Positions 10,084 through 21,801 of a stretch of 64,000 nucleotides of DNA are shown here, in pieces. The notes beneath the pieces were generated by a model, which saw nothing but the letters and a program-made list of their open reading frames with translations, was not told where the DNA came from and did not search any database. The position numbers were made by a program, and so were the translations under genes. The stretch comes from Candidatus Hydrogenedentota bacterium (GTDB lineage Bacteria; Hydrogenedentota; Hydrogenedentia; Hydrogenedentales; CAITNO01), in NCBI GenBank assembly GCA_018056705.1, contig JAGPFE010000006.1, positions 8,437 through 72,436 of the forward strand. The letters are read 5' to 3'. Within the stretch, counting starts at the first letter, position 1. Each line of letters begins with the position of its first letter.

Positions 10084-10884
10084 TCACATTCCCGGCGGAA
10101 AATCCGCGTGCCCAGGTAACACGCCCCACCTGAGAGCGTTGCCCTGCGAGAGGATTTCTCCACCGTTTTTCCGGACGATAATGCTGTGCTCGAAATGAGC
10201 ACTCGGCTTACCGTCCGCCGTCACCACCGTCCATCCGTCATTCAGCACCCGCACCTTGTGGGTGCCCATATTCACCATCGGCTCTATCGCCAGGGCCATG
10301 CCTTCGCGCAGCATCGGGCCCTCGCGGCCGCAATCAAAGTTGTAAACCTGCGGTTCCTCGTGCATGGCCGTTCCGATGCCATGGCCCACGAAATCCCGCA
10401 CGACACCATAGCCCGCGCGTCGGCATTCGGTCTCCACGGCCACGCCGATATCCCGAAGATGATTACCTTCCCGCGCGGCCAGGATCGCCATCGCCAAGGC
10501 CCGGTCGGTCACTTCCAGCAACCGGCGTTTTTCTTCACTGATCGCGCCGCAGGGCACGGTCACCGCCGCGTCACCGTAATATCCTTCCCAGATGGTTCCC
10601 ACATCCAGGGAGACGATTTCACCTTCACGAAGGCGTCGCTTTCCGGGAATCCCATGGACCACCTGGTCGTCTATGGACACGCAAATGGTCGCCGGAAATC
10701 CCCGGTAGCCTTTGAAGGCCGGGCGGGCGCCCCGTTCGCGAATCAGGGTTTCCGCGGCATGATCCAGTTCCGCCGTAGTCACGCCGGGCGCGACCATGCT
10801 GGCCAGCATCTCGAGGACCTCCGCGACGATACGATTGGCCTGACGCATCAGGTTAATTTCCTGTTCCGCGCGTATGGCAATCAT
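10084..10884 (-). CDS. map: methionine aminopeptidase type I
   Basis: 266 aa; pita-bread motifs [29 protein letters not shown]. Confidence 0.9.
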   Translation of the reverse strand: MIAIRAEQEINLMRQANRIVAEVLEMLASMVAPGVTTAELDHAAETLIRERGARPAFKGYRGFPATICVSIDDQVVHGIPGKRRLREGEIVSLDVGTIWEGYYGDAAVTVPCGAISEEKRRLLEVTDRALAMAILAAREGNHLRDIGVAVETECRRAGYGVVRDFVGHGIGTAMHEEPQVYNFDCGREGPMLREGMALAIEPMVNMGTHKVRVLNDGWTVVTADGKPSAHFEHSIIVRKNGGEILSQGNALRWGVLPGHADFPPGM

Positions 10885-11023
10885 CCGCCGCTGGCCCCCG
10901 CCCCGCCGGTCCGAGGATTCATCGGAAAACGGGCATTCAATTGTATCTTATCCAGAATGTCCCGTTCCACCTTTTCGGGGGTTCCCCGATCCAGTGTTCC
11001 CGGGAATATTGCTGAAAACCGCA

Positions 11024-12352
11024 TTACAGCCTGCGCGAGCGAATCCGCCCACGCCCACTGGTAAAGCCATCATAATGGCGCATCACGAGGTGCTGCTCGA
11101 TCTGCTTGATCGTGTCAAGGGCCACCCCCACCAGAATGAGCAGGGTGGTACCCCCAAAGAAGTGCACCAGGTTGGCGTCCGGAATCTGAAACAGCGTGAA
11201 AATGACCTTGGGAATCAGGGCCACACCCGCCAGGAAAATGGCACCGACAGTCGTCACCCGCAACATGACCGTGTTCAGATAATCCGCCGTCGCCTTACCT
11301 GGCCGTACTCCGACCACTACGCCACCGTACTTTTTCAGGTTATCCGCCATTTCCACCGGATTGAAGATGATCGCGGTGTAGAAGAACGTAAAGAAAATGA
11401 TCAGTGCCGCGTAGATGATGCTGTACGGCCACCCGAAGGGATAGAAAATAATGTTGATGGCATTTTCCAGCCAGGGAATGGTCACGTACTGCGCCAGGCT
11501 GCCGGGCAGCATGAGCAGGGAACTGGCGAAAATGATGGGGATCACGCCGGCCTGGTTGACCCGAAGGGGCAAATAGGTGCGGGTTCCCCCCGCCATGCCG
11601 CGTCCCTTGATTTGACGGGGATACTGGACGGGGATCCGGCGCTGGGCAGTAGTCACCACGATGGCGCCAGCCACCACGGCCACCATGAGGAACACCAGCG
11701 CGACCGCCTGCAGGGGCTGAATCTGGTCATTACCGAGCATGCGGAACATGTTGATCACCGCGCTGGGCATGTCCGCCACGATACCCACGAAAATCAGCAG
11801 GGAGATTCCGTTTCCCACGCCGTTTTCGCTGATCTGTTCGCCCATCCACATCAGGAAGGCCGTCCCGGTGGTCAGGGTCACCATGGAGACGAATATGAAC
11901 ATGAACCCGGGATGCGGCACGATTTCCCGGCCCATGCCCTGGAGGAAAAGCGCGATACCCACCGACTGGAACAGGCACAGCACGATCGTCCCATAGCGGG
12001 TGTAATCATTAATTTTCTTCTGTCCTTCCTGCCCGGACTTCTGGAGTTGTTCCAGCGCGGGAATCACCGGAATGAGCAGGGACAGAATAATCGACGCCGT
12101 GATGTAGGGCAGGATCCCCAGAGCGAAAACGGTGGCGCGGCTGAACGCGCCGCCCGTGAACATGTCATAAAACCCGAGCAGGCCCGCGCCACTCTGTCCG
12201 AGTTTCTCCACGAGGGCCGCACCGTCCACGCCGGGCATCGGAACGAACGAGCCGAGCCGATACAGCACCAGCATGACCAGGGTGAATATGATCCGGTTTT
12301 TCAGTTCCGGAATCTTAAACGCGTTTCTGAAGGCTTCCAACGGCTCAGCCAC
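11024..12352 (-). CDS. secY: preprotein translocase subunit SecY
   Basis: 442 aa, 10-TM SecY pattern. Confidence 0.95.
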   Translation of the reverse strand: MAEPLEAFRNAFKIPELKNRIIFTLVMLVLYRLGSFVPMPGVDGAALVEKLGQSGAGLLGFYDMFTGGAFSRATVFALGILPYITASIILSLLIPVIPALEQLQKSGQEGQKKINDYTRYGTIVLCLFQSVGIALFLQGMGREIVPHPGFMFIFVSMVTLTTGTAFLMWMGEQISENGVGNGISLLIFVGIVADMPSAVINMFRMLGNDQIQPLQAVALVFLMVAVVAGAIVVTTAQRRIPVQYPRQIKGRGMAGGTRTYLPLRVNQAGVIPIIFASSLLMLPGSLAQYVTIPWLENAINIIFYPFGWPYSIIYAALIIFFTFFYTAIIFNPVEMADNLKKYGGVVVGVRPGKATADYLNTVMLRVTTVGAIFLAGVALIPKVIFTLFQIPDANLVHFFGGTTLLILVGVALDTIKQIEQHLVMRHYDGFTSGRGRIRSRRL

Positions 12353-12388
12353 CGCGAGGCTCCTTATCGTGATTCAGCGCCTGGTGCC

Positions 12389-12853
12389 TCACTCGGCAGC
12401 CCCGGGCGCCGGGATGATTTCAAGGGTTCCGCCGGCCGCTTCCACCTTGCGCCGGACGCTCTCACTGGCCGCTTCCACCCGAATGGTGAAACGCTTGGTC
12501 ACTTCGCCCCGCCCCAGGAGTTTCACGCCGCCTGCCAGTTTCTTGACGATGCCCAGTTCCTGCAGCATGGACGTGGTGATTTCCGCGCCATCTTCAAACC
12601 GGTCAACGAGCACATCCACGTTCACCTCGGCAAAGGGATGGCGCTTTTCATGACCGAAGCCCCGCTTGGGCAGGCGCCGGTTCAGGGGCATCTGGCCGCC
12701 TTCAAAGGCGGATTTACGCTTGTAACCGGAACGGGCCTGCTGGCCCTTGCTGCCGCGTCCGGAAGTTTTTCCGTGACCGGAGCCCGCGCCCCGCCCTACG
12801 CGTTTGCGCTTGCGGCGGGCGCCTTCGGCAGGTTTCAGGGTATGCAGTTCCAT
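12389..12853 (-). CDS. rplO: 50S ribosomal protein L15
   Basis: 154 aa, GRGAGSGHGKTSGRG motif. Confidence 0.9.
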   Translation of the reverse strand: MELHTLKPAEGARRKRKRVGRGAGSGHGKTSGRGSKGQQARSGYKRKSAFEGGQMPLNRRLPKRGFGHEKRHPFAEVNVDVLVDRFEDGAEITTSMLQELGIVKKLAGGVKLLGRGEVTKRFTIRVEAASESVRRKVEAAGGTLEIIPAPGAAE

Positions 12854-12904
12854 GGATTATCCTCTCGTTTCACGCGGTCAGACCGCGCCTTGCTTTTCTT
12901 GTCC

Positions 12905-13453
12905 TCAGCAACGAACCTCGCGCAGTTCCAATCCCCGTTGATTGGCCAGTTCTTCGGCTGTACGCAACTGCCGCAGACCGTCCAGCGTGGCCCACACCAC
13001 GTTCGTGGCACTGTTGGAACCCAGCGACTTGGTCAGTACGTTTTCGTAACCCGCGGCTTCCATCACCGCGCGCACCGGGCCGCCCGCCACGATACCCGTT
13101 CCGGGGGCCGCCGGCTTGAGCAGCACCCGCGCGGCGTCCTGACGTCCGACCACTTCGTGGGGAACGGTGGTATTCACGATCGGCACGGTGATCATGTTGC
13201 GGCGGGCGCGGTCAGCCGCCTTGCGGATGGCGTCGGGGACTTCGCCCGCCTTGCCAATGGCGGCACCCACGCGACCTTTACCGTCACCTACCACCACGAT
13301 GGCGCTGAAATTGAAGCGCCGACCACCTTTCACCACCTTCGCCACGCGGTAAATCTTGACCACGTGCTCGATATAATTGACCTGATCCCCCGAATCGGCA
13401 TACCGGGAGTCCGACCGTTCGCTGTTCCGCGCGCCTGTGTTCTCAGTACTCAA
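12905..13453 (-). CDS. rpsE: 30S ribosomal protein S5
   Basis: 182 aa, canonical S5; no rpmD fits in the 51-nt gap to rplO. Confidence 0.9.
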   Translation of the reverse strand: MSTENTGARNSERSDSRYADSGDQVNYIEHVVKIYRVAKVVKGGRRFNFSAIVVVGDGKGRVGAAIGKAGEVPDAIRKAADRARRNMITVPIVNTTVPHEVVGRQDAARVLLKPAAPGTGIVAGGPVRAVMEAAGYENVLTKSLGSNSATNVVWATLDGLRQLRTAEELANQRGLELREVRC

Positions 13454-13493
13454 GGATTCTACTCCTCACATCGCCGCCACGCGGCGTTTGTCC

Positions 13494-13847
13494 TCAGAAT
13501 TCGAGTCCCGCCTCCCGGGCCGCGTCGGCCAGGGCCTTCACGCGGCCATGGTATTTACGTCCTCCGCGATCGAAGCATACCTTGCGGATATCCCGGCCTA
13601 CCGCCGTTTCTCCCAGGGCGCGGCCCACCTGCCGGGCCGCCTCAATATTGCCGCCGGGAATTTTCAGGCTTACCGACGATACGGCCGCCAAGGTAACGCC
13701 CCGCTCATCATCTATGATCTGCGCGTAGATGTGCTTCAGCGTTCGGGTCACGCGCAGACGGGGACGCTCCGCCGTGCCGGAAACGCGCTTGCGAATGCGG
13801 CGGATACGACGTTCGCGCCGGATTTTGATCTGTTCAGTCCTGGACAT
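13494..13847 (-). CDS. rplR: 50S ribosomal protein L18
   Basis: 117 aa, canonical L18. Confidence 0.9.
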   Translation of the reverse strand: MSRTEQIKIRRERRIRRIRKRVSGTAERPRLRVTRTLKHIYAQIIDDERGVTLAAVSSVSLKIPGGNIEAARQVGRALGETAVGRDIRKVCFDRGGRKYHGRVKALADAAREAGLEF

Positions 13848-13868
13848 GCCATGTATCTCCCGGGCGTC

Positions 13869-14405
13869 TTACGCGCCTTTCTTGCTTTCCTTGCGCGCCA
13901 CGAACTCGCCTTCGTAGCGGAAACCCTTGCCCTTATACGGTTCAACCTTGCGGATTTTCCGGATCTGGGCCGCCACTTCTCCCACCAGTTGCTTGTCGAT
14001 ACCCTGAACGTGGACCGTCTGGGTGCCTTCCACCGCCAGGGTAATCCCCTCGGGGGGATCGAAAACCACCGGGTGACTGAACCCAGCCACGACGTTCAGC
14101 GACTTGCCCTGCATCGACACGCAGTATCCCGTGCCTTCGAGCAGCAAGGTTTTTTTGAACCCACTGGTCACGCCCTGGACCATGTTGTTGATCAGGGCCC
14201 GGGTGAGTCCGTGCAGCGCGCGATACTTCGGGCGATCGCTGGACCGGCTGACCCGGATTTCGGTACCGGTTACCTCGATGGTAATCTCCGGTGAAAAATC
14301 GGCTTCAAGCGTGCCCTTGGGCCCGGTGACCTTCAAGCGCGAACCGGTCAGTTCACATTTCACGCCGCCGGGTATCGGCACCGGCATTCTTCCAACTCGA
14401 GACAC
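13869..14405 (-). CDS. rplF: 50S ribosomal protein L6
   Basis: Start set to GTG (cac at 14403-14405), giving MSRVGRMPVPIP...; the longer ORF to 14465 has a non-L6-like N-terminus. Confidence 0.9.
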   Translation of the reverse strand: MSRVGRMPVPIPGGVKCELTGSRLKVTGPKGTLEADFSPEITIEVTGTEIRVSRSSDRPKYRALHGLTRALINNMVQGVTSGFKKTLLLEGTGYCVSMQGKSLNVVAGFSHPVVFDPPEGITLAVEGTQTVHVQGIDKQLVGEVAAQIRKIRKVEPYKGKGFRYEGEFVARKESKKGA

Positions 14406-14458
14406 GGCTTCAGTTCCTTTCTCTCGCTGCGTCCCCGACCACGTGGCGGGGATGGCCG

Positions 14459-14857
14459 TCACCACACTTCACAAATAATCTCGCCACCCACGCCCGCCTG
14501 ACGCGCTTCGCGCGCGGTCATTACGCCGCGGGACGTCGTCAGGATGGCCACGCCCAGGCCGCTACGCACCGGACGGATGGTGTCCTTGCCGGAATACACC
14601 CGGCGGCTGGGCTTGCTCACCCGGCGGATACCCCGTAACACGCTGCTTCCATCGGGCAGGTATTTCAGCGCGATCCGGATCATCGCCGGACGAGCCTCGT
14701 CCTCAATGGTATATCCGGCAATGAACCCCTGTTCGCGGAGCACGCGGCAGATTTCCCGCTTGATGCGGGATTCCGGCACTTCCACCACTTCGTGTCGCGC
14801 CATCACGGCGTTCCGCATCCGGGCGAGCATATCGGCTATGGGATCACTCATGGTCAT
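14459..14857 (-). CDS. rpsH: 30S ribosomal protein S8
   Basis: 132 aa, MTMSDPIADMLARMRNA. Confidence 0.9.
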   Translation of the reverse strand: MTMSDPIADMLARMRNAVMARHEVVEVPESRIKREICRVLREQGFIAGYTIEDEARPAMIRIALKYLPDGSSVLRGIRRVSKPSRRVYSGKDTIRPVRSGLGVAILTTSRGVMTAREARQAGVGGEIICEVW

Positions 14858-14884
14858 GGGTTAGCCATCCTTCGTCTGCTGTTA

Positions 14885-15190
14885 TCACCAACTTGACTTG
14901 GTCACGCCGGGAATTTTCCCTTCCAGGGCCAGTTCACGGAACGACACGCGGCTCATTCCGAAGGCACGCATGTAGGCCCGGGGACGTCCGTTCACCTTGC
15001 AGCGGTTGCGATACCGCACGGGCGAACTGTTCCTGGGCAGTTTCGCGAGTTCCCGAACCGCCTCCAGGCGTTCTTCCATGGACAGCGACGGATCGATGAT
15101 CCGTTTCTTCAGGGCCTCGCGCCGCTGGCGATACTTGAGAATCATCCGAGCGATTTTCTCGTTCTTGTTAATCATGCTTTTTTTAGCCAC
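14885..15190 (-). CDS. rpsN: 30S ribosomal protein S14 (long, non-zinc type)
   Basis: 101 aa. Confidence 0.9.
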   Translation of the reverse strand: MAKKSMINKNEKIARMILKYRQRREALKKRIIDPSLSMEERLEAVRELAKLPRNSSPVRYRNRCKVNGRPRAYMRAFGMSRVSFRELALEGKIPGVTKSSW

Positions 15191-15210
15191 GGTCCGTTCC
15201 TCTATGCGTC

Positions 15211-15765
15211 TCAGCCCGAGAAAGGCATGCCCAGCATTTTCAGCATGGCACGCGCCTGATCACGCGGCACCGGCCGCTTGAACACGAAAGTCACGTTCAT
15301 GCCGCGCACCTTGACCACCTTGTCAATGTCCACTTCCGGAAAGATCGTCTGGTCCCGAAGGCCCAGGGTGTAATTGCCGAACTGGTCAAATCCTTTCGGT
15401 GACACGCCCCGGAAGTCGCGGATACGGGGAATCGCCACGTTGAACAGGCGTTCCATGAATTCCCACATCCGCTCCCGGCGCAGGGTAACCATGCACCCGA
15501 TAGGCATGCCCGCGCGCAGCTTGAAGTTGGACACGGATTTCCGCGCCCGGCGCACGGCCGCTTTCTGCCCGGTGATCTGGGCCAACTCGGCGCTCGCCGC
15601 GTCGATCAGTTTCGGATCGGCCGTCGCGTCCCCGACGCCCATGTTAACGACGATTTTTTCCAGGCGTGGCACATCCATCACGTTGGCGATGGAGAACTCA
15701 CGCATGAGAGCCTGTACCACTTCCCGCTGGTACTTCTCTTTCAGTCTCACCACTGTTTCCGGCAC
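15211..15765 (-). CDS. rplE: 50S ribosomal protein L5
   Basis: 184 aa. Confidence 0.95.
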   Translation of the reverse strand: MPETVVRLKEKYQREVVQALMREFSIANVMDVPRLEKIVVNMGVGDATADPKLIDAASAELAQITGQKAAVRRARKSVSNFKLRAGMPIGCMVTLRRERMWEFMERLFNVAIPRIRDFRGVSPKGFDQFGNYTLGLRDQTIFPEVDIDKVVKVRGMNVTFVFKRPVPRDQARAMLKMLGMPFSG

Positions 15766-15820
15766 GGCTGGCCACTCCCAACTGTTCTACCGTCCTGCGG
15801 ACGGAATCTTTGCTTACGGT

Positions 15821-16147
15821 TCAGTCCACCGCTTCCCCGTTGATCTTCCACACCCGGATACGCGAGCCGTCTTCCAGTCGTTTCATGACGATTTTGGAAG
15901 GCTTGTTAGCCGCTGCACACCAGGGCATGACGTTGGAGATGTGAACGGGAGCTTCCTTTTCGACGATACCGCCGGACTGGTTGCGCCGGGTCGGGCGGGT
16001 ATGCCTGCGGATCATGTTCACCCCTTCCACCAGCACGCGGTTGGTCCGGGGATACACCTGCAACACGCGCCCCCGGCGTCCCTTGTCCGCGCCGCTGATA
16101 ACCACCACGATGTCTTTCTTCCGGATGTGCATGGCAACGATCCTCAC
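15821..16147 (-). CDS. rplX: 50S ribosomal protein L24
   Basis: 108 aa; the start overlaps the rplN stop (ATGA); an alternative internal Met lies 5 codons in. Confidence 0.9.
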   Translation of the reverse strand: MRIVAMHIRKKDIVVVISGADKGRRGRVLQVYPRTNRVLVEGVNMIRRHTRPTRRNQSGGIVEKEAPVHISNVMPWCAAANKPSKIVMKRLEDGSRIRVWKINGEAVD

Positions 16148-16512
16148 AACACTTCGGGGGCCAGCGACACGATGCGCATGAACCCACCTTCGCGCAGTTC
16201 GCGGGGCACCGGCCCAAAAATACGGGTGCCGCGCGGTTCTTTCTGGTTGTTAATGATAACGGCCGCGTTCGAGTCGAAACGGATCACCGTCCCGTCCGGA
16301 CGGATGGTGTCCCGGCGCATGCGGACCACCACCGCCTTGACCACGTCGCCCTTCTTGATCGGCGCGTTGGGAATGGCATCCCGGACGTTGGCCGTGATGA
16401 TATCCCCCAGGCGCGCGTACCGGCGTTTCGATCCGCCCATGACCTGGATAACGCGGATCACCCGCGCGCCCGAATTATCGGCAACCTTGAGTTTCGAGTA
16501 AATCTGTATCAT
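16144..16512 (-). CDS. rplN: 50S ribosomal protein L14
   Basis: 122 aa, [17 protein letters not shown]. Confidence 0.95.
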   Translation of the reverse strand: MIQIYSKLKVADNSGARVIRVIQVMGGSKRRYARLGDIITANVRDAIPNAPIKKGDVVKAVVVRMRRDTIRPDGTVIRFDSNAAVIINNQKEPRGTRIFGPVPRELREGGFMRIVSLAPEVL

Positions 16513-16531
16513 GACGCGACTCCCCGCGCGT

Positions 16532-16822
16532 TTATTCGGCGCGTTTCACGATTTCGACCAGACGCCACCGCTTGGTCTTGCTAAGGGGACGGGTTTCCCG
16601 GATCCGGACCACGTCACCCACCCGGCACTCTTCCCGCTCATCATGGGCCTTGAACTTCTTGGTGCGCTTGAGTGCTTTCTTGTACAGGCGATGCTGCTTA
16701 ACGCTTTCCACCGCCACCGTGATGGTCTTCTGCATGGCCGTGCTGGTGACCACGCCCACCCGTTCCTTACGGTGGCCCCGTTCGGTTCCGGCGGTTTCCT
16801 GTCTGACCTGTTCGTTCATCAC
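16532..16822 (-). CDS. rpsQ: 30S ribosomal protein S17
   Basis: 96 aa; ATGA overlap with the rpmC stop. Confidence 0.9.
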   Translation of the reverse strand: MMNEQVRQETAGTERGHRKERVGVVTSTAMQKTITVAVESVKQHRLYKKALKRTKKFKAHDEREECRVGDVVRIRETRPLSKTKRWRLVEIVKRAE

Positions 16823-17028
16823 ACGTTCCCTTTCGCGCTGGCCAGTTCACGTTCGCGCAGAATGGTCAGAATCCGGGCAATTTCCTTCCTGGCTTCCCGG
16901 GCCAGGCGGACGTTGTCCACCACACCCGTGGTCATCTGCAGCCGGAACGCCATGATATCGGCTTTGCGCTCGGCCAGCCTGGCGCGTAGCATCTCGTCCG
17001 TCATTTCACGAAGATCTTTTGCCTTCAC
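16819..17028 (-). CDS. rpmC: 50S ribosomal protein L29
   Basis: 69 aa. Confidence 0.9.
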   Translation of the reverse strand: MKAKDLREMTDEMLRARLAERKADIMAFRLQMTTGVVDNVRLAREARKEIARILTILRERELASAKGNV

Positions 17029-17053
17029 CTGTAGTACCTCCGGCGTCGCCGCG

Positions 17054-17461
17054 TCACACGCGGCCCACGAACCTGGATTTGATCGGCAGTTTAAATCCGG
17101 CGCGGCGGATGGCTTCCCGAGCCAGTTCCTCGGTCACGCCCTCGATTTCAAACATGACGCGTCCCGGTTTCACGACCGCCACCCATTCCTCTGGGGCGCC
17201 TTTCCCTTTACCCATGCGGGTTTCCGCGGGTTTCTTGGTGATGGGCTTATCCGGGAACACCCGGATGAAGACCTTGCCTCCGCGCCTGATATACCGCGTG
17301 ATGGCGATACGCGCGGCTTCGATCTGCCGGGCCGTTACCCATCCGTCTTCCAGCGCCTTCAATCCGAATTCTCCAAAGGCGAGCGTGGCGCCCCCTTTGG
17401 TCATTCCCTTGCGGCGGCCTCGCTGGACCTTCCTGTATTTCACGCGCTTGGGCATCAACAT
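17054..17461 (-). CDS. rplP: 50S ribosomal protein L16
   Basis: 135 aa. Confidence 0.95.
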   Translation of the reverse strand: MLMPKRVKYRKVQRGRRKGMTKGGATLAFGEFGLKALEDGWVTARQIEAARIAITRYIRRGGKVFIRVFPDKPITKKPAETRMGKGKGAPEEWVAVVKPGRVMFEIEGVTEELAREAIRRAGFKLPIKSRFVGRV

Positions 17462-17516
17462 GATCTGTTATCTCCGCCCGGCGCCCTGTCTGGCGCCCGT
17501 TTACTGTTTCTCTTCT

Positions 17517-18287
17517 TTACTGCGACCGATCGCCACGGCCCCGGCGTCGTCCGCCCGGCCGGGTCGGACCACCCGCTTCCCGGCCGCCCGGGCCGCGCCG
17601 CGAAGGTGCCAGCCGCGACGCGGCCACACCACTGATCAGGTCACCTGGCTGGGTTTCACCCAGGTAGATCCAGCACTTGACGCCGATGGTGCCATACGTC
17701 GTGTAAGCGGTCGCGAAGCCGTAGTCCACCATGGCCCGAAGGGTATGCAGGGGCACGCTACCCTCCCTGGTCTGCTCGGACCGGGCGATTTCCGCCCCGT
17801 TCAACCGGCCGGACACCTTGATGCGGACGCCTTTGGCACCGGCCCGCATGCAGTTCTGCACGGCGCGCTTCATGGCGCGGCGGAAGGAAACGCGTTTCTC
17901 GAGATCCAGGGCCAGCCGTTCGGCGACCAGTTGGGCGCACAGGTCGGGCTCGGTCACTTCGACCACCTCGATCACCACGTTCTGGCCCGTCAGAATCGTC
18001 AACTCCCGTTCCAGTTCCCCGGCGCGTTCGCCCTTGTTGCCGATCACGGCCCCGGAGCGCGCGGCGTGAACAATCACCTTGGTCTTCCGCCCGACCCGCT
18101 CGATGTCGATCTTGGCCACGTCTACCCGGTTGTCCGGCATGTCGCCGTCCAGGCGTTTCTTAACGTACCGCCGGATCTCCAGATCCTTGTGCAGCAGTTC
18201 CACGTAATCGCGGTCGCCGTACCACCGGGACGACCAGTTGTAGATCACGCCGAGGCGGAACCCGAAGGGGTGAACCTTTTGACCCAT
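17517..18287 (-). CDS. rpsC: 30S ribosomal protein S3 with Arg/Gly-rich C-terminal extension
   Basis: 256 aa; the KH and S3-C domains are followed by a ...[23 protein letters not shown] tail. Confidence 0.95.
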   Translation of the reverse strand: MGQKVHPFGFRLGVIYNWSSRWYGDRDYVELLHKDLEIRRYVKKRLDGDMPDNRVDVAKIDIERVGRKTKVIVHAARSGAVIGNKGERAGELERELTILTGQNVVIEVVEVTEPDLCAQLVAERLALDLEKRVSFRRAMKRAVQNCMRAGAKGVRIKVSGRLNGAEIARSEQTREGSVPLHTLRAMVDYGFATAYTTYGTIGVKCWIYLGETQPGDLISGVAASRLAPSRRGPGGREAGGPTRPGGRRRGRGDRSQ

Positions 18288-18297
18288 TGCACGCTCC

Positions 18298-18645
18298 TTA
18301 GTCCGAAATCACGATTTCAATGTGGCTGCTGCGATGCCTGACCCGGCCGGCGCGTCCCCGCGGCATCGGCAGGTACCGGTACATCGTCCGGCCGTCATTA
18401 ACCCTAACCGATCGGACGATCATGTCGTCCGTGTTGATCCGCTGACGCTGTTCACGCGCGGCGTGCTCGGCGTTCGCGGCCGCCGAGGCCAGCAGTTTGC
18501 GCATCGGTTCGGCGCACCGCTTCACCGTAAACTGAAGAATGTCCATCGCGTCAGCCACCCGTTTGCCGCGGATCATCGCGGCCACCAGGCGCACCTTTCT
18601 GGGCGCGACGGGCAGATTGCTGAGTTTGGCTGTGGCCACTGGCAT
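18298..18645 (-). CDS. rplV: 50S ribosomal protein L22
   Basis: 115 aa. Confidence 0.9.
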   Translation of the reverse strand: MPVATAKLSNLPVAPRKVRLVAAMIRGKRVADAMDILQFTVKRCAEPMRKLLASAAANAEHAAREQRQRINTDDMIVRSVRVNDGRTMYRYLPMPRGRAGRVRHRSSHIEIVISD

Positions 18646-18660
18646 GGTTGCTACTCCCGG

Positions 18661-18924
18661 TTACTTGCTGCCCGCGTGACCCCTGAAGGTCCGGGTCGGG
18701 GCGAATTCGCCCAGTTTGTGCCCCACCATGTTTTCCGTGATAAACACGGGCACATGGGTTTTTCCGTTGTGGACCGCGATAGTCAGGCCGACCATGTCGG
18801 GAACGATGGTGGACCGCCTTGACCACGTGCGGATGATACGCCGGTCACCGCTGCTCTGCTGCTTGAGCACTTTCTCGAGCAGCGAGGCTTCCACGAAGTA
18901 CCCTTTTTTCAACGAACGACTCAC
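18661..18924 (-). CDS. rpsS: 30S ribosomal protein S19
   Basis: 87 aa. Confidence 0.95.
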   Translation of the reverse strand: MSRSLKKGYFVEASLLEKVLKQQSSGDRRIIRTWSRRSTIVPDMVGLTIAVHNGKTHVPVFITENMVGHKLGEFAPTRTFRGHAGSK

Positions 18925-18953
18925 GGAATCATCCTCCTGTCAAAGCATGCGCG

Positions 18954-19781
18954 TCAGGCCTTCCGGCGACGGATAATGTACTTGTTGGTTCGGTGATTGC
19001 GTTTCCTGGTCTTGTATCCCTTGGTCGGCTTGCCCCATGGCGTGCAGGGATGCCGCCCGCCGGAGGTGCGCCCTTCACCACCTCCATGGGGGTGATCGAT
19101 CGGGTTCATGGCCACGCCACGGACCTTGGGACGCCGTCCCAGCCACCGACTGCGGCCCGCCTTACCGATGTTGACGTTGGCATGGTCTTCGTTGCCCACC
19201 TCGCCAATGGTCGCCCGGCAGGCGCTCAACACCCGGCGCATTTCGCCGGAGGGCAACCGCAACACGACATAGCGACCTTCCTTGGCCAGCAACTGGCAAC
19301 TGTTCCCGGCGGACCGGGCCAGTTGTCCGCCTTTTCCGGGAGTCAGTTCCACGTTGTGGACGTTGACGCCCAGCGGCATGGCGCCAAGGGGCATGCAGTT
19401 GCCGGGTTCGAATTCACCGGTTTCGCCGCTGGTCACCACCGCGCCCACCTGCAGGCCTTTCGGCGCCAGGATATACCGCTTTTCACCGTCGGGATACGTG
19501 ACCAGCGCGATGCGCGCGCTGCGGTTGGGATCGTACTCCAGGGCGGTCACCTTGCCCGGAATGCCCGCCTTATCCCGGCGGAAATCTATCAGGCGGTACT
19601 TCTTGCGGGCACCGCCCCCGCGCCTGCGGACCGTGACCCGGCCCTGGTTGTTCCGGCCGTTCACCCGTTGCCGGGGTTCCAGCAACCGCTTCTCGGGTTC
19701 CTTTTTCGTCAACTCCGAAAAGGTCAGCACCGTCATCGCCCGGCGCGACGGGGTATAAGGCTTGAATCGTTTCAGTGGCAT
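18954..19781 (-). CDS. rplB: 50S ribosomal protein L2
   Basis: 275 aa. Confidence 0.95.
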   Translation of the reverse strand: MPLKRFKPYTPSRRAMTVLTFSELTKKEPEKRLLEPRQRVNGRNNQGRVTVRRRGGGARKKYRLIDFRRDKAGIPGKVTALEYDPNRSARIALVTYPDGEKRYILAPKGLQVGAVVTSGETGEFEPGNCMPLGAMPLGVNVHNVELTPGKGGQLARSAGNSCQLLAKEGRYVVLRLPSGEMRRVLSACRATIGEVGNEDHANVNIGKAGRSRWLGRRPKVRGVAMNPIDHPHGGGEGRTSGGRHPCTPWGKPTKGYKTRKRNHRTNKYIIRRRKA

Positions 19782-19792
19782 GGCCTGGCTCC

Positions 19793-20092
19793 TCAGATCA
19801 ACTCAATCTTGTCGCCCGGGCGAAGCGTGACGATCGCTTTTTTCCACGCGGGCCGCCGCCCCGGGTTACGCCGTCCCAGCCGGTTGCGCACCTTGCCGGC
19901 GTAATTCATGGTGTTCACCGACACCACCCGGATCCCGTCCTTTTTGAAAATCTCCTCGATGGCATCGCGGATCTGGCTCTTGGTCGCCCAGGGACGTACC
20001 CGGAAGGTGTACTGGTTAGCCCTGGCGATCTGAATCTGTGCCTCTTCGGTGACGATCGGCCGCTCCACGATCTGGTATGGATCTATTTTCAT
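19793..20092 (-). CDS. rplW: 50S ribosomal protein L23
   Basis: 99 aa; ATGA overlap with the rplD stop. Confidence 0.9.
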   Translation of the reverse strand: MKIDPYQIVERPIVTEEAQIQIARANQYTFRVRPWATKSQIRDAIEEIFKKDGIRVVSVNTMNYAGKVRNRLGRRNPGRRPAWKKAIVTLRPGDKIELI

Positions 20093-20721
20093 GACAGACG
20101 CTCCTCGAGTTTCGCCAGCGCTTCTTCCTGGATCACCACCCGATGGGCCAGCAGGACGTCCAGCGCGTTGAGGTCCGCCGCCGCGCGCACTTCCACCCGG
20201 GGAATGTTACGGGCCGAAAGCAACACGTTGTCGTCTTTTTCCGCCGTAACCACCAGCGTCCGCCGTCCGTCCGGTTCCAGTTTGCGGATCATGTTGGCGA
20301 AGGGCCTGGTTTTCGGCTCGGAGACCGAGAGACCGCGCAACACGCCCAGGCGGTCTTCGCGCAACCGGGCACTCAAGACCATGCACAGGGCCTGCCGCTT
20401 TTCGCGGGTTGTCAGGTGATGCCGATAGTCCCGGGGGTGCGGTCCGAACACCGTGCCACCACCGCGCATCTGGGGTTCGCGGATACTGCCGTGCCGGGCG
20501 TTGCCGGTTCCCTTCTGCCGATAAGGTTTCTTACCGCCGCCGGACACCTCGCCCCGGGTCTTGGTCTGGTGGGTACCCTGGCGCTGGTTCGCCTGCAATC
20601 CCACCGCCACCGCGTGCACCAGGACTTCGTTAGGCGCGACGGCGAAAATCCCGTCGCTCGCTTCCACCGCGCCCACCTGCGCGCCGGTCGGATCATATAC
20701 TTTCAAGGAAACCATGTTCAC
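20089..20721 (-). CDS. rplD: 50S ribosomal protein L4
   Basis: 210 aa; the first codon is GTG, overlapping the rplC stop. Confidence 0.9.
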   Translation of the reverse strand: MNMVSLKVYDPTGAQVGAVEASDGIFAVAPNEVLVHAVAVGLQANQRQGTHQTKTRGEVSGGGKKPYRQKGTGNARHGSIREPQMRGGGTVFGPHPRDYRHHLTTREKRQALCMVLSARLREDRLGVLRGLSVSEPKTRPFANMIRKLEPDGRRTLVVTAEKDDNVLLSARNIPRVEVRAAADLNALDVLLAHRVVIQEEALAKLEERLS

Positions 20722-21359
20722 TTGGCTCCTTTCTTCACGCTGTGCCGTACGATCACCATGCCACCCCGGGCCCCGGGAACCGCGCCGCGCACCACCAGCA
20801 GGTTTTTGTCAGGATCCACGTCGACCACCTGGAGGTTCTGAACGGTAACCTTTTCATCGCCCATGTGCCCGGGCAGGCGCTTACCTTTCACGACCTCGGA
20901 CGGATCCGCGCTGGAACCGATCGAACCGGGCGCGCGGTGGAACATCGAGCCGTGCGCCGCCGGCCCCCCGGAGAACCCATGCCGCTTGATAACACCCTGA
21001 AAGCCCTTACCCTTGGACACGCCGGAGACGTCCACCACGTCGCCCGCCTTGAACAGGTCGCTGATCGCGATCGTGTCTCCTGGCTTCAGGGGACTATCTG
21101 GATCCACCCGGAATTCCCGGAGCAGTCGCTTGGGGGCCACGCCGTTCCGCTTGAAATGACCCAGCAAGGGTTTTTTGCACAACTTTTCCCTGATATCGCC
21201 GAAGCCGACCTGTACCGCGTCGTAGCCGTCCCGGTCCGCGGTTTTCCGTTGCACTACCGTGCAGGGGCCCGCTTCAAGAAGGGTCACGGCGATCCAATAC
21301 CCTTCTTTGGTGAAGATGCGGGTCATGCCCAGTTTCCGCCCCAACAAACCTTTCACCAT
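20718..21359 (-). CDS. rplC: 50S ribosomal protein L3
   Basis: Start set to the internal ATG (cat at 21357-21359), giving MVKGLLGRKLGMTRIF with an AAGGA/GGTGAGG RBS. Confidence 0.9.
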   Translation of the reverse strand: MVKGLLGRKLGMTRIFTKEGYWIAVTLLEAGPCTVVQRKTADRDGYDAVQVGFGDIREKLCKKPLLGHFKRNGVAPKRLLREFRVDPDSPLKPGDTIAISDLFKAGDVVDVSGVSKGKGFQGVIKRHGFSGGPAAHGSMFHRAPGSIGSSADPSEVVKGKRLPGHMGDEKVTVQNLQVVDVDPDKNLLVVRGAVPGARGGMVIVRHSVKKGAK

Positions 21360-21417
21360 TGTTGTTGTCCTTACCTCACCGGGCGCGTCCGCTCGGGGTC
21401 GCGCCCGCATGCCGCGG

Positions 21418-21729
21418 TTACTGTTTGATGCCCACGTCCACGCCTGCCGGCAGATCCAGTTTCATCAGGGCGTCCACCGTGTTGGCGTTGGGGCCGACGA
21501 TATCGATCAACCGCCTGTGAATCCGCTGCTCGAACTGTTCGCGGGACTTCTTGTCGATGTGCGGACTCCGGTTGACGGTGTACTTCGATATGGCCGTCGG
21601 CAGAGGAACGGGTCCATTGACGCCCGCCCCGGTACGCAGGGCCGCGTCTACGATACTTGCCGTCGCCTTGTCAAGGAGCCGGTGATCGTAGGCCCGCAGT
21701 TTGATCCGCAATATGTGATCGGTCGCCAT
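21418..21729 (-). CDS. rpsJ: 30S ribosomal protein S10
   Basis: 103 aa; sits only 72 nt after fusA, with no tuf between them. Confidence 0.95.
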   Translation of the reverse strand: MATDHILRIKLRAYDHRLLDKATASIVDAALRTGAGVNGPVPLPTAISKYTVNRSPHIDKKSREQFEQRIHRRLIDIVGPNANTVDALMKLDLPAGVDVGIKQ

Positions 21730-21801
21730 TCCTTTTCTCCGTCGGGCCGCCGGTCCACCCGGCGTTCGCCCTTTCCGGCGCGCCTGGCCGCGTCCGGTGC
21801 T

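Noticed and set aside
10874-13696. 940-aa plus-strand ORF
   Set aside because: Lies antisense to secY-rplO-rpsE, whose products are unmistakable. His/Gly/Arg-rich composition with no domains.
16511-18341. 374-aa and 440-aa plus-strand ORFs
   Set aside because: Antisense to rpsQ, rpmC, rplP and rpsC.
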